NCBI GenBank assembly: GCA_951406725.2
Contig: OX597822.1
Span: forward strand, 99,510,001 to 99,574,000
DNA from: Octopus vulgaris
Taxonomy: Eukaryota
Reading direction: 5' to 3'
Length of the DNA: 64,000 nt
A program made the translations under genes and the position numbers. The notes under the pieces were generated by a model, which worked only from the letters and a program-made list of their open reading frames with translations, ran no database searches and was not told where the DNA came from. This document shows positions 26,405 to 40,130 of this stretch, piece by piece (position 1 is the first letter of the stretch; every line of letters begins with the position of its first letter).

Positions 26405-27113
26405 TTAAACAAGAGGAAGGGCTCTACCTACAATCTTCACAGCTTCTTAATAGAATTCAGGTATATTTTCAGTTTCGTTGACACAATAAGAAGAAATACT
26501 GTATTTTCCCACCATACAAAACTTTCCTTACAGATTTTGCAATTCTAACTACAGCTGTTACTGGCAATGAGGTATGATTTGATATCATGTAACACGTTTT
26601 AGGTGTCAAGTAGTCATGAGTAGCTCAAAAAAGATGAAAAGAAAGAATTGTGTCAGTTGTGACTAAAACCGTGAGAATATTTGCATCCAAATAAAACAAT
26701 GCCAAAACAGTATTTTTCCATGCAAAATTTATGGTGAATAGTGACAGGATATGTTAAAAATTCAATAAGATTTAGCAATGAAATTTAGATATTGACAGAT
26801 CTAACAATTAAATGACAAAGTCAAAAACCAAACAGCAGTTTGTTATATGACTTTGATACAACATACTTTATGTGTTTTATACAACAAGCTACACTTTAAA
26901 CAAACTTGCAGATTTACACCAAAATAAATGATCAACAAGTAAGGTATGCAAAGGAGCGATAATTACATTTGACCATTGACTGCCTTATATCAGAAGATCT
27001 AACTATTACGTAGACCAGTGACCCTTAATCTTTTGTGGTTTAGTGCTCCTTTTTACTGAAGAGCATTTTACAAAGGTCTCTCCACATGTTTGTGCAACAA
27101 AAAACACTAGTAA

Positions 27114-27509
27114 TCTATATATATAAAGCTGAAGTTGTCTGTGTGTGTGTGGCAGGTTTGGTAGCCTTCAACTAACACTTTCTCCTCCGAGACCCTGCGG
27201 CGCAAGTTGACCAAAATTGAGAGTATGATAGAAGAAGGCTTGCTCTTCATTCCATAGAAGATAAAATTCAAATCAGACCATGTTAACATCAAAAATTATT
27301 TACATCAAAAAGGTGCTTTTTTTCCTATGAAAATCCCTATTTTTTTACAATTTTTTTACTGCTGTGTCGCCATTTTTCGGTGTATTTCAACCATAAAAAT
27401 GTTCACTTAAAGAGAATAACAAGCTACATAATGCAAAATATTTACTTTTCAAAAATTCCAATTCTAAAAGGTCGAAACAAACCCGAGCAACGCCGGGTGA
27501 TACTGATAG
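27114..27509 (+). mobile_element. Non-autonomous Helitron
   Basis: 5' A|TCTATATATATAAAG; 3' hairpin acccg-agcaacgc-cgggt then atag|T (CTAG variant); inserted between A and T. Confidence 0.85.
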
Positions 27510-27644
27510 TAATAAATAAAAGAATAACAAGAACAAAACAGATTATCTTAATCAAGCAGAAGCTAATTCTGTGTATGAGTTTGTCATCAGTCATGCTTCA
27601 GCTCACTAATAACTCAAAGGTTTTCTTCTTCAAATGGTGTAGCT

Positions 27645-27985
27645 GTAGGCATTGGCATGGCTTTGTGGTAAAGAAGTTTTCTTCCCAGCCACATGGTTTC
27701 GCATTCAGTTTCACTACACAGCATCTTGGGCAAGTGATTTATATTAAAACACCAGGCTGACCAAAGCCTTGTGAGTGGACTCACTAGATGGAAACTGAAA
27801 GAAACGTGTGTGTGTGTGTGTGCATGTGTGTGCGTTTGTGTCTTCTTGTCATGACATCATTCAATAATTGTAAATGAACAACCATTTGAGCACTGGAGTT
27901 GCTGTAATTAAGTGGGCCTCTCCTGCAAAATTACAGGCCTTGTCGTTATATTAGAAATTATTATTATTATTATTATTATTATTAT
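27645..27985 (+). mobile_element. SINE-B head followed by a SINE-A tail fragment
   Basis: ggcatggctttgtggtaaagaagttt...gaaactgaaagaa; aggccttgt..(att)n. Confidence 0.7.
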
Positions 27986-28169
27986 CATGGTTGATCAGAA
28001 TATAGGATATGAAAGAGAAAGAGACATTTAGCTGCTATTTCTAGCATGTGAAGTGGCCATCTAGAAGCATATGAATAGAGCAGAAGTTGCTAATTCTGTT
28101 GACAATAAATTCTTTCTCTACCTTCCGCTTTCTCTCTCTCGCTAAAATTTCATGTAAAAATCAAACTGT

Positions 28170-28440
28170 GAGTAGCATATAGAATGATGCACCATGGTAG
28201 CAATTGAGACATGTGGATTGAATACAGAATATCAAGTAAAGGCTGGAAAAAAAAACCAAGTCAGATATGATCTGTTGGACATGTAACATTAACATGCATC
28301 AAAGACAAGTTCACAGGTGAGTCGAGAGCATTCTCTCGGTTCAGCATTAAAAGCCGTGTCTGATTTATGTGGGAGATCTAACGTTGCATTGGTATGGACA
28401 TGTGATGTGAATAGATGATGATGGCAAAACAAAACAGTGA
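28170..28440 (+). mobile_element. Decayed RTE LINE ORF fragment
   Basis: HGS.ET....RLE...MICWTCNI...LHWYGHVM*IDDD. Confidence 0.65.
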
Positions 28441-28879
28441 TGTGTGCTAACTGCAGATCTAAAAACTCATACATCTCAAACGAAATTGCTAAATGGATAT
28501 TGTATTGAATTACCAACTCATAAGTCTTGAGTTCAATTTTATGGGATACATTTACTCATACAAGGTGCAGCAGAAAAACAGCCCATATTTCGTATGGCCA
28601 TTGATGTGGTAGCAATGAAGCTAGGCAGGTGATAATAGTATTTTCATGTAACTAGTGTTTTACCTTTTGTTTTTCAGTTACAATCATAGTTTGGACTGGG
28701 AAATACTGAATTTTCAAAGATTTGTTTAAGAGTAGTGAATCTGAGTATTTTTGCTACATCCTCTATATTTGGACAGAGTACTTAATCCTATGAAATGTGG
28801 TTCCTTGAGATAGCAGAGAGACATACCATTGAATTTAACAGCTGCCATATCCAGTGAGAGGAAACCCATGCCTATTTAA

Positions 28880-29095
28880 CTCATTTAATATCAATCCATC
28901 CAAGACCATTCCTGGTTCCATGATACAAACTTCCTGATTTAAAGTGATTAAATTCCTCCATCAAAATTCTACGTTAATTTGTGTTTCAAACACCAGTTTA
29001 ATAATAAAATTATTTTTCTAAATTCTTCATTATTTCAAAATTAAGTGAAACAAAAGCAGTGTATTTTCAATAGAAATATGATAGTAAAATGGTTA
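28880..29095. mobile_element. M1b MITE
   Basis: Same internal motifs as other M1b copies; degenerate TTAA ends. Confidence 0.7.
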
Positions 29096-29196
29096 GTACC
29101 AAAAAACTCAACTTAAGCACTGATTATAAGGAGATATTTTTTAACAGTTCATGTTTATATCTAGACTAACAGAACCAAAACAAATATCCTCATTAA

Positions 29197-29416
29197 CCAT
29201 TTCATTACCAACCCGGTTGAAACCGGCTCTGGCTCTGAGTACAAATGTCTTGTTTTCATAAGTTTTGAATTAAAATCATCCATCAAACCTTAGTCACAAT
29301 TCATGTTCCTAACACTAGCTGAATGATAACTAAGTTATTTTACTAAATTCTTTGTTATATTTAAAGTAATTGAAAGAAACACAGAACATCTCAAAATAAA
29401 TGCAGTAACGAAAGGG
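29197..29416. mobile_element. MITE M1
   Basis: TTAA at 29193 and 29417; matches 3544-3764. Confidence 0.9.
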
Positions 29417-30400
29417 TTAATAAAAATGAATGCATAAAAAAAAAAAATCAAGTGAGCTATCAGGTCTTATTTTAACAGCTTCAAACTAGTTCCTTCAATG
29501 AGTAACCACAATCAACAATTTCAAAAAAAAAATGTAAATTAAAAATGATAACAAATATATTTAATACATTTAAATTATATACAGAAACATCTACAAAACT
29601 TCTTCTCCTTCCTCCCTCCTTCATTTAGCGCATGAGTGAATTCACCCTTATACTTCACAACATAATTTACTTTAATTGATTGTACTGAACTAAAGATTCT
29701 CAAGTTTAATCAGGAGTCACTTTACTGCAATCATCTAGATGTTATGAAATATTATTTGACTACAACTATTTTGGTATTAAAATCAACGGAATATTCACCG
29801 AAGCTAATTCTACTGCTACAAATCAATTATAGTAGACATTCAACATTGTAAGAATATACTATAAATAGCCATGTTATATCAGCGTAAGTAGGAAGTAAGG
29901 TCAATATTGGCAATATTTAGTTGAATATCATCAGATGAAAATTATATGGATATACTCAATAATGAAAATACACGAAGCAAAATCATTAGCATCATTTGTT
30001 AGAAATAGAATTCAAATAAATAAATAAACAGCTGAAAACAAAAATTACCATTTAACTTCTAAAGAAATTATGCAAAGAGTTTGCTAATTTATTCCGACAG
30101 CAGTTTAATTTATTTTTAATTTCTTAACAACACACATGGCTGACATAAAACTACCGTTACATTTTGCATGTATATTTAATCTCTCTCTAAGTACTTAAAA
30201 TTAAAAATAAAATTGCATCTCTACATAATAACAGCTGAAATAAATGTTGGTTGGTTGGGTGGTTGATTTCTCAAATCACATTCTACATCATATAGAGCAG
30301 TGGTGCTCAACACTTTTTTCCCTATGAGCCTCTTTCATTCCTCTTCTATACAGATGAACCCCTCCCCTGCCCAACCATCCAATGTTTCAAAAATCTTATA

Positions 30401-30575
30401 TAGGCATAGGCATGGCTGTGTAGTAAGACACTTCCTTCCCAACCACATGGTTCCAGGTTCAGTCCCACTGCATGGCACCTTGGGCAAGTGTTTTCTATTA
30501 TAGCCCTGCGTCGACCACAGCCTTGTGAGTCGATTTGGTAGACAGAAAATGAAAGAAGCCCATCATATATATCTG
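30401..30575 (+). mobile_element. SINE-B head
   Basis: ggcatggctgtgtagtaag...ggttcagtccc...ccttgggcaagtg. Confidence 0.85.
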
Positions 30576-31125
30576 TGTGCAACTTTGTGTCCCACAAAAT
30601 TCCTTAATTTATGTTCCAAACACCAGCTTAATCACAGTTATTTCACATAATTATTTAAAAAATTAATTAAAGCAAAGACAGTGTATTTTAACATACATAT
30701 GATAAGAGAGTTAAAATGGCTAAGGTACTTTTTCATCCAATATATTTTATCATCTGTTCACATTACATATATATCTCTCCTTAACAGTTTAGCCACTAGT
30801 CTTTTATGAATTGGTTAATCACCCACATGCTTAACGATTTTATCTTTTGTCACCAGTTTAAATTACCTGTAATAAAATATATTTGTGGAAAAATAATTAA
30901 TGTTTGAGATATTACCGTATTCTAAATTCATTAACTTTCAAGTTTAACTGTAGTTTTCATTTTCAAAGCCATAATTTATATTTCACACACTTAGTGACAC
31001 TAATAACATTATTAAGAACTAAGACATTTAGTTCCCTCTTTACACTTTGGTAATTTTAAACTATACATTAAAAATATTTTTCTCTACTTGCAAGTTTTCA
31101 GTGCACAGTAAATTTCTTGTTGCTG

Positions 31126-31192
31126 TTATTATTATTATCATGTTTGTATGAGTTGAATACAACTCTTACCCCAAGACCTCAAGAGACAGTGT
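31126..31192 (-). mobile_element. Probable LINE 3' UTR with (AAT)n tail (Dong/R4-like)
   Basis: Minus strand gtctcttgaggtcttggggtaagagttgtattcaactcatacaaacatg(ata)n; family assignment is from recall. Confidence 0.4.
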
Positions 31193-31435
31193 TATAAGTC
31201 CAAGTGGACATTATGACTAGGATGGTTGACAACTGCTGTGTTTTGGGGGAAGAATATAGTTTGGTGAAAGAGATTTGTGTTTCAGTTATGTATCTTGGAT
31301 TTGTAAGGAATATTATTTTTTTTAGAAAATGTCCTATTGATAATATGTGAAAAAAAGATTGTTTTGGACTTAAATAGACAGAATTTTTCGTTTATTATCA
31401 ATTATCATTATTATTATAATGCCATTATTATTATT

Positions 31436-31921
31436 TGTGAGAAGACCCGGCAGGACAAGTGAGACCATAACCCGGGATGTGCCAGTCCACTTATGCATAC
31501 CTTTCCTTCTGGGGTCACAAAACTCTACTTGTGAAGACCTGTTGAGGCAAGTGAGAATCCAAATTGATCAACATCAATGGAAATTGCAGCTGTGATACCA
31601 GTGCCAGTGGCACGTAAGAGAACCACCCGAACGTGGCCGTTGCCAGCGCCGCCCCGACTGGCCTCGTGCTGGTGGCACGTAAAAAGCACCATCCGTTCGT
31701 GGCGATTGCGAGCCTCGCCTGGCACCTGTGCCGGTGGCATGTAAAAAGCACCCACTACACTCACGGAGTGGTTGGCGTTAGGAAGGGCATCCGTCCGTAG
31801 AAACATTGCTAGATCAGACTGGGACTGGTGCAGCCTTCTGGCTTCCCAGACCCCAGTTGAACCATCCAACCCATGCTAGCATGGAAAGCGGACGCTAAAC
31901 GATGATGATGATGATGATGAT
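31436..31921 (+). mobile_element. Family C: GC-rich RTE-tailed non-autonomous retroelement with internal tandem motifs
   Basis: Three gtgc(c/t)(a/g)gtggca(c/t)gtaa.. motifs; ggttggcgttaggaagggcatcc block; (GAT)n tail. Confidence 0.88.
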
Positions 31922-32204
31922 TATATCTTTGTTGAGTATAAGTGAATGCACATAAAATTACTGCTATAATAAATTTTCTTAATTCTATACTTAAGTTTTT
32001 CTGTGTTACATTTTCTTCAGTACACCAGATTAATTAAGTTTGCAGTGTTATACTTGCTTTTTAATTTTTTTAGTTAACTGATTTAACATTAATTATTTGT
32101 TGTCAAACATCTGTCTCTGACACAACTCTTTTAAGACCATTTTATTTCTTTTGCAATACAACAATACGACATATTCATGCTCAGTAATATGTTTCACGGT
32201 TTCT

Positions 32205-32688
32205 TGGCTGTGTGGTACGAAGGTTGCTTCCCAACAACATGGTTCCAAGTTCAATCCCACTGCATGGTACCTATTTCGTTACTACCCATAAGGGGCTAGA
32301 CAGAGAGAGGAGAAACAAGGACAGACAAATGGATTAAGTGGATTATATCAACCCCAGTGTGTAACTGGTACTTATTTAATCGACCACAAAAGGATGAAAG
32401 GCAAAGTCGACATCGGCGGAATTTGAACTCAGAGCGTAGCAGCAGACGAAATACCACTAAGCATTTCACCTGGTGTGCTAACGATTCTGCCAGTTCGCTG
32501 CTCTGCATGGTACCTTAGACAACTGGTGTTGGTGTGTTTAAGTCCATGAAATTTAACGGTCCAATAGAATAAGTGCTAGGTTTGAGAAAATAGGTCCTGG
32601 GATCAATTTGTTCAACTAAAACCCTTTGAGGTGATGTCCCAGCATGGCCGCACTCAAATGATTGAAACAAGTAAAAGGTAAAAGATAA
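32205..32688 (+). mobile_element. SINE-B with an antisense SINE-A insertion (32274-32502)
   Basis: TSD ctgcatggtacct flanks the SINE-A. Confidence 0.88.
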
Positions 32689-33489
32689 CGAACTGCCATA
32701 GATTGTATTTGCTTTAAAGAGATCTAAATTAAGACTTCCTGTGTAAATTCCATGTTAATTTATGTTCCAAACAGCTTAACCCTTTTGATACCAACCTGCC
32801 AAAAACTATCTCTGGATATATTATACAAACTTCCTGTTTTCAAATGATCTAAGTAAATAAAATCTTCCATCAAAATATCACATTAAGAAGTGTTCTAAAC
32901 ACCAACTCAATAATGACAAAATTATTTTACTAAATCCTTCATTATTTCCAAAAATAATCAAATTAAAGGATTAGGCTCAAATGAAGATTTTATCTGTGGC
33001 CAAAGGAGAAGAGCTGGAAATAGTTTTAGCTTAAATCTAGGAACCTTGGATTTCATTAAGATGAAATTCTATGAAGGTATTCCATGTAGTAGACACCTCA
33101 AATTCCTTCCAGTGAGAGAAGAAGTTTGCTTACAATGATGATGAACATGGAAGATCAAACAATACAGTTCATTAGCTAGAGTACTGTTACATTCAAACAG
33201 TTAAAGCTGTCTTGAAATTGAAGAGATTTGAATAAAATCAGTTTACAACTCTATAGAATACTGACATTTAGTAAACTAGCGTAGGTGGAAAATTTTGTTT
33301 ATCACTTATGCTAGAATATGAGGGAGGGTGGGGTGGGGTGGAGTATTCTACAATGATCAGCCATTTAAGCTTATTAAGACTGTAAATATATGCCATAAAT
33401 ATTCAAATAAATAATAAATGTAGAATATGACATGAAACCTAATTTTGCAGCTAGGAGAACAATAGCTAAATTGAAATGAAATGTCTGTA

Positions 33490-33932
33490 GGAGTATGTAT
33501 GGTTGTACAGTTAAGAAGTTTGCTTCAGAATTACAGAGTTTCAGGTTCAATCCCACTGCTTGGTTGAACAAGTGCTTTCTACTCTAACCCTGGGTTGACC
33601 AAAACCTTGTAAGTGGATTTGGTAGACAGAAACTGAAAGAAGCCTGTTGTATATGTATGTATATATGTATATGTAAGTGCATGTATGTTTGTGTTTCCTT
33701 CTCTTTACATCACAAGATAAATGTAAATAAGTGTCACTATCATACAAATAGTGACATTTCTTTCCAATATTCTACAAAAAACATGCCTGGCCTTGGGGAA
33801 GTATTACCTTGCTTGGAAACAGGTGAGGTTTGGTGACAAAAAGGGCATCCACACATAAAAATATTTGCATCATTTAACTCCATCTGACTTACACAAAAAT
33901 GGAAAACAGGGCGCTAAATTGATGATGATGAT
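33490..33932 (+). mobile_element. SINE-B head with RTE tail, uninterrupted
   Basis: Head, (TA/TG) tract, ggaaacaggtgaggtttggtgacaaaaagggcatcc...(gat)n. Confidence 0.85.
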
Positions 33933-34349
33933 AACTTTGATAAAGACACAATTTTCTGTGGAAAAGTTCAATAACCTCCTTTGATCAGCCATCAGGGTTT
34001 TCTATTCAATTTGGCTGGTGATAATGAAAGGAAAAGATAAATCTTGTACAATATAAATGAAACTGTATGTTATTATTCATGTTTGCTCTGCAAATGTTCA
34101 GTTTTCCAAAGTGAAACATGAACAAATATTTGTGAAAGAAAATATGACAGAATCACTTTGCAAAAAAACTTACTGTCAGATTAGATATTACAAATGTATT
34201 CGAACCTGCATGGTCAGGTTAAAAAACAGGGGTTTTTTTTGGTTTTTTCCTTTGTTTCTTTTCCAGAGATGTCTCATTACTCACTGGAATCAATGTGACT
34301 ATGATATGAAGAAAAGTGTGTCTAGATTTCCATAGATATGATTATTTAA

Positions 34350-34601
34350 CCCTTTAGCAATTAAACCAGCCATATCTGGCCAAAATTTCCCATTTGTTTT
34401 ATGTTCAAACTGGTCAGATCCAGGCTCACACAGCCACCCTACAATATTATTCTACTTTAAACAATCATGCAATCAAAGTTATGAGATAATGCACGATTCA
34501 TTCAAAACAATGTGAATCAATAAGCATTACTGTTTGACAGAATAATCATCATCATCGTTTAACGTCCGCTTTCCATGCGGAATAATCTTAATACTAAAGG
34601 G
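34350..34601. mobile_element. MITE M2 carrying a roughly 35-bp family-C tail insertion
   Basis: TTAA at 34346 and 34602; insert catcatcatcgtttaacgtccgctttccatgc with TSD gaataatc. Confidence 0.85.
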
Positions 34602-34798
34602 TTAAGACTTAGCGAAATCACAAGAGCATTGGACAAAATGCTGTGGTATTTATTAAAAAGAGGAGGGAAAGAAGAGAACCCCCTTAACTGAGTGGGGTCG
34701 TAGTAGAGGGGGACATGGGTGATGTTATGCCAGGTGTTGAGAGGCTAAAGTACAATAGAGGGGCAGGCAAAGGTGTATTGTTATACAAGAAATACATA

Positions 34799-35195
34799 GG
34801 CGCAGGAGTGGCTGTGTGGTAAGTAGCTTGCTAACCAGCCACATGGTTCCGGGTTCAGTCCCACTGCGTGGCATCTTGGGCAAGTGTCTTCTGCTATAGC
34901 CCCGGGCCGATCAATGCCATGTGAGTGGATTTGGTAGACGGAAACTGAAAGAAGCCTGTCGTATATATGTATATATATGTGTGTGTATGTGTGTGTGTTT
35001 GTCCCCCTAGCATTGCTTGACAAGCGATGCTGGTGTGTTTACGTCCCCGTCACTTAGCGGTTCGGCAAAAGAAACCGATAGAATTAGTACTGGGCTTACA
35101 AAAGAATAAGTCCCGGGGTCGATTTGCTCGACTAAAGGCGGTGCTCCAGCATGGCCACAGTCAAATGACTGAAACAAGTAAAAAGAGAGTAAAAA
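34799..35195 (+). mobile_element. SINE-B, young full-length copy (tRNA head, CORE-like block, microsatellite, B tail)
   Basis: tggctgtgtggtaag / gggttcagtccc; atcttgggcaagtgtcttc; tail gactgaaacaagtaaaagagagtaaaa. Confidence 0.92.
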
Positions 35196-35339
35196 GATAG
35201 CTACATTGCACTATATGGAAGTGGGTGGGAATAGATGGAAAAAAAAAAATGAAGATATTGGTGATGAAGTGTCAAGCATAATCTAGTTACGACTCAAGTG
35301 GAAGATATGTAAATAGAAGAGAACATCTAAAGAGTAGGA

Positions 35340-35525
35340 AAAGAAAAAAAATGTGCTGGGTGAGTGTCAAATGTGGAAATGTTTCTGCTGTAGAGGCAAA
35401 TTACCGAAAACATGAGAAGTGATAAGATCAGAGTTGGGAATGGTGGGCTCACAGTTCAGGTGATGTAACTGTAATACAGACTGGTTCAATGTATGTCATC
35501 ATGAAAAGCTGGATGCTAAAGTAGT
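35340..35525 (+). mobile_element. Decayed RTE LINE 3' end
   Basis: RGKLPKT..EVIRSELGMVG (cf. RGRPRKTWxEVVRxDL) plus a tail remnant catcatgaaaagctggatgctaaa. Confidence 0.5.
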
Positions 35526-36599
35526 AAGGTTGAATAATGATGACAATAAAACCTGGTACAATGTTTAGAAAAATATTAATTCCTTCTTTTTTTTTTACAT
35601 ACAACAAATTAATTATTTTAATGCCAAAAATTAATTCCTTGATAATATGAACACTTTTTGAATTGCCAAAGGTGAAAAATTTCATACTAACTACCATTAA
35701 GTAAAGAGAAATGATTTTATAATATAAAAACAATTGATATCAGAGTACTAAGTTTAATGCTAGCAAAAAGCATTATGGCCTAAGAACAACAAATAATCTT
35801 GGATTAAGGCCACTGATACAAAGGAAGTAAACAACGTGTTTTCAGTCAACAATGCAAACTATAATTTCAATTCCCTCCAACTCCTTTATCTGTCAACCAT
35901 TTACTGATACTACTTGTATTGAGGTTATGAAAACCAAGACATTTCTGATTGTGAAGGCCATAATTAAACTGAGAAATACCAAATAATTATTGACTTCCTT
36001 ATCATTGTTTTAAAGTCCACACTGCTACGCTTACATGGCTCAACTGGAATTCGCTGAGGTACATTTCTACAGCTGGAGACCTTCCCTGTCACCAACCCTC
36101 ATCTATCTCCAAGCAAAGTAATATTTCCCCATGGCCAGACATGTTCTTATTTCATTAACCAGCCAACTTTGAAACCACTTCTGGTTCTATGATAGAAATT
36201 TCCTGTTTAAAATAATCTAAATTAAAACTTCCTATTAAAATTTAAAGTCAATTTGTTTCAAACATTTTCCTAACATTATTTCATTAAATTCTACACTATT
36301 TTCAAAATTAACTGAAACAAAAGCAGTGCATTTCAACATAATTATTGCTTAAAAAAAAGCGTTAGATATTCAAAAATTATAATTTTTGAACTAATTATTA
36401 CCTTCAACATGATAAGTAACACACATCTATGACAAGTCCACTTTTCCATGCTTACACAACTCAAACGAAATTTGTCAAAGCATATTTTTTTACAGCTGAA
36501 TGTCCTGTCTGTCACTAACACTCACTCCCTTTCCAAGCACGGTAATATTCCCTCACAGCTAGCCATGGATTTATTGAATATTCAAAAGATTATAGTTTT

Positions 36600-36982
36600 A
36601 GTATTAACGAGCGAAACGCACCCCCCACCACCACGCCCAATGGATGGTGATGAGTTGTCAAACATTTAAACCAATTTTTCTCAAAACAACTTGTCCAACC
36701 GTCCCATAGGCCTCCCCTTTGAGAAACACTGATTTAACCTAAATTTGAGACACCAGCAAAAGATGGATTTTGACAGATGTACTTGCCTGTATAAATGCAT
36801 GTTCCTATGGCTTTATCGATCGTATTCTCACCTGGAATCGATTTTTGTAATTTTTTCAAGACTTATACACGCCCTGATACCGTCGGTATCTACATATCAA
36901 ATCTGAGCGCAATTGGATGGAGGATGCCCGAGATCCTAGAAGACACACACACAGACAGACAGAACGGATTTTATATAATAGA
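36600..36982 (-). mobile_element. Non-autonomous Helitron (5' end clear, 3' end degenerate)
   Basis: Minus strand A|TCTATTATATAAAATCCGTTCTGTCTGTCTGTGTG. Confidence 0.7.
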
Positions 36983-37084
36983 TTAGTTTCAAAATTTAGA
37001 GTAACATGCATTCTTAACAGTATTTATCATAAAAATAAACTATATACAAATGCCCTATGTGTTTCAGTTTGTTTTCAAAATTAG

Positions 37085-37285
37085 CAAGAAATTTCAGATT
37101 ATTTTGTCAAATACCTTGCTTATTTATTGACATTGTTATGAATTAAACCTGCATTATCTCATAGCTTCAAGATTTCAATGACATGATTGCTTATTTTTAG
37201 AATGACATCATAAGGCAGGTGTGAGAGACCAGATCTTGCCCTTTAGAACATAAAAGTATTAGAATATTTTGGCTGAATATGACCA
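37085..37285. mobile_element. MITE M2, degenerate
   Basis: Ends aatgctaaaggttaa; internal M2 motifs. Confidence 0.7.
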
Positions 37286-37754
37286 ATTCAAATGCTAAAG
37301 GTTAATAAAGACTGAAATTTCAGCCAAAGATATATTAAAATTATGATATAATTTTAGCTAATGAACTTTTGTTTTTCTGCGCTATTTACCGTAATAATAA
37401 AATGTTGATGAAAATTCTCTATTGCATACCAACTTTATAGGTTGATGTCATTACAGGCCAGTAATATGTGATCACAAGTCGCATATTACAGTTTGGTATA
37501 TTCAAAGACTTAATGCATATTTCTGAGAAAATATAATTAAGTAAATAAAGAACACACCATCACAGTGAAAAAAAAACTAAGTTTTACTTATTTAAACTAA
37601 ATATTTAAATTGTCAATTTACATGTTGACAAAACGTGAAAATTCCGATGAATATAGAATCAAAATAAAGAATAAAATGGAAAGGAAGAAAAAAAAGACTT
37701 TTCAAAATTTACTCTGAATAATATCCATTTTTTGGTTGTTCTTCCGGTATAGCT

Positions 37755-37777
37755 ATACACAGACACATTCACATATA

Positions 37778-37809
<32 letters not shown>

Positions 37810-38050
37810 CATACATACATACATATACATACATACATATACACACACATACACACACATATGTATATACATACACATACAACTGCACGTGCATATGTAT
37901 ATACATACACAAATACACACACAAATTTTATACATATAGACACATTATATAAATACACAGATACACACCTGTACATACAAACATGTATGTATGTGTGTAT
38001 ATATATATATATATATGCATGCATATACACAGATACACATCAGTATATAC
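37755..38050. repeat. Compound (TA)n/(CATA)n/(CA)n microsatellite
   Basis: Direct; source of several spurious ORFs. Confidence 0.95.
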
Positions 38051-38815
38051 AATTATATATCTTCTATTCTTTTCATCTCATGAAAACACCTTCAGTTTTT
38101 CACATTTGATAGTTGTTTTCAGAATGTGTCCTTATTTAGAACCAGCATCTAAATTACCTCCACCCTTAATACTGAAACAGACTACCCCATTTCATAACAT
38201 GGAAACTTGGTCACATGAAATTAACAGCAGAGTATTTTCCAGTGACACCAACCATATAACTCCTGGCTGTCACGACCATTACTTTGTACCTATTTGAAGT
38301 TCCTGTACACCACTCATCTTTTTTTTAATATGAAATTCTTTTTTTTTTTTCTGGAATAACCATAAGAGGAAACTGTCTTTGGCAGTTGTGACTTAAGATC
38401 ATAGTTAAACTTCACATGGCTTGTGCAATGCATAATACTTGACAGTAAAGAATCATGAGTTAACTCACAGGACATGTCATTTAGTGCATGACAAAACTGG
38501 TTATGGCATCTTTTTTCTTAGAAAGATCAGAAGTGGTTATGAATACATCTAACAGATGTATTTCAATAAACAGGCAAGTATCAATGTGTGGTTAAGACGT
38601 TCAGTTTGGAATCACGTGGCTTTGGGTTCAATACCTCTGTGGAGTGGAGTGCTTTGGGCATTGTTTTCTATCATAAATTTGGTAGATGAAAACTATGCAG
38701 CTACATGTAGATACTCATGTGTGTGCACATATATACACACATGTATGCACATGAGCATGTCTTTCAAAATTTATTGAACAAAATCTTGTACATTAAAACT
38801 TTCCATTACTAAATA

Positions 38816-39212
38816 GGAGCAAGCATGGCTGTGCGGTAAGAAGCTTGCTTCCCAACTATATGGTTACAGGTTCAGTCTCAGTGTGTGGCACCATGGGCAA
38901 TTATGTCTTAATATAGCCTTGGACTGACCAAAGCTTTGTGAGTGGATGTGATAGATGGAAACTGAAAGAAGCCTGTCATATGTATGTAAGTGTGTGTGTG
39001 TATTTTTTGTCCGTCCCCCTCCACAGCTTGACAACTGCAGTTAGAATCTTAACATCCCCATAACTTAGCAGTTCAGTAATAGAGACCAATAGGATAAGTA
39101 CCTGGATTAAACACAAAAAAAGTACTGGGGTCGATTTGCTTAGCTGAAAATTCTTCAATGTGGTGCCCCAGCATGGCCACAGTCGAACGACTGATGTTAG
39201 AAGTTAAAAGAT
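38816..39212 (+). mobile_element. SINE-B, full-length older copy
   Basis: Colinear with 34799-35195. Confidence 0.88.
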
Positions 39213-39349
39213 AAATCTGGTATATAAAATTGAGGCAGTATTAAACTAAAATAGGCACCTGTGAATCATCATGTATATACACCCATGACAGGTCAGTTAC
39301 TGGGGATATTTTATCTTAAGATAACATTTCTGATGAATGAAGATGCAGT

Positions 39350-39682
39350 TCATCATTATCATCATCGTTTAACATCCGCTTTCCATGCTAGCATGGGTTA
39401 AACGAATGACTGAGGGCTGGCAAACCAGATGGCTGCACCAGGCTTCAATCTTGATCTGGTAGAGTTTCTACAGCTGGATGCCCTTCCTAATGCCAACCAC
39501 TCAGAGTGTAGTGGGTGCTTTTTAAGTGTCACTGGGAATATTTATCACCGCTCGAATCTTTTACACATGCCACCAGCACAGGTGCCAGTAAGGTGATGCT
39601 GCTAACGATCACGCTCGAATGGTGTCTTTTACGTGCTACCAGCACGGAGGCCAGATAGCCGCACTGGCAACGATCACGCTCA
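39350..39682 (-). mobile_element. Family C element
   Basis: (cat)n cgtttaacatccgctttccatgctagc...; internal tandem aacgatcacgctc units. Confidence 0.85.
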
Positions 39683-39902
39683 AAAACACAAATATTGGAG
39701 GGTGACAAAAATTCATCCCAGCAGAAGCCAGCAAGAACATCAGGTGCATTTCAGCCTTCTTATGACAGTACATGTCATTGCAAAGAGCAATTTTTGTGTC
39801 TCTTTCTGATATTCATGGTTTTCAAAACAGCATGTCTTAAGATGTCATCCAAGACAAACACCACAGCAGCTGGCCCATCAGTGGTGTACAGGTATTAATC
39901 CT

Positions 39903-40121
39903 GGCAGAAACGTTAGCACGTCGGGCGAAGTACTGAGCGGTATTTCGTCTGCCGCTACGTTCTGAGTTCAAATTCCGTCGAGGTCGACTTTGCCTTTCAT
40001 CCTTTCGGGGTCGATAACTTAAGTACCAGTTACGCACTGGGGTCGATATAATCGACTTAATCTGTTTGTCTGTCCTTGTTTGTCCCCTCTGTGTTTAGCC
40101 CCTTGTGGGTAGTAAAGAAAT
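39903..40121 (+). mobile_element. SINE-A, slightly 5'-truncated
   Basis: 13-bp TSD aggtattaatcct, which includes the end of the adjacent M2 MITE. Confidence 0.92.
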
Positions 40122-40130
40122 AGGTATTAA

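Noticed and set aside
27015-27090. hAT MITE left ends (also 30298 and 43941, cagtggt..caac)
   Set aside because: Matching right TIRs and TSDs were not found, so boundaries are unsupported
37659-38109. Overlapping YIYI/HTHT/CVCV ORFs (also at 16742, 41468, 47044, 55179, 57298)
   Set aside because: Translations of stop-free microsatellites
39695-39898. 67-aa ORF as a host exon
   Set aside because: No recognisable homology, no good acceptor site, and sandwiched between SINEs
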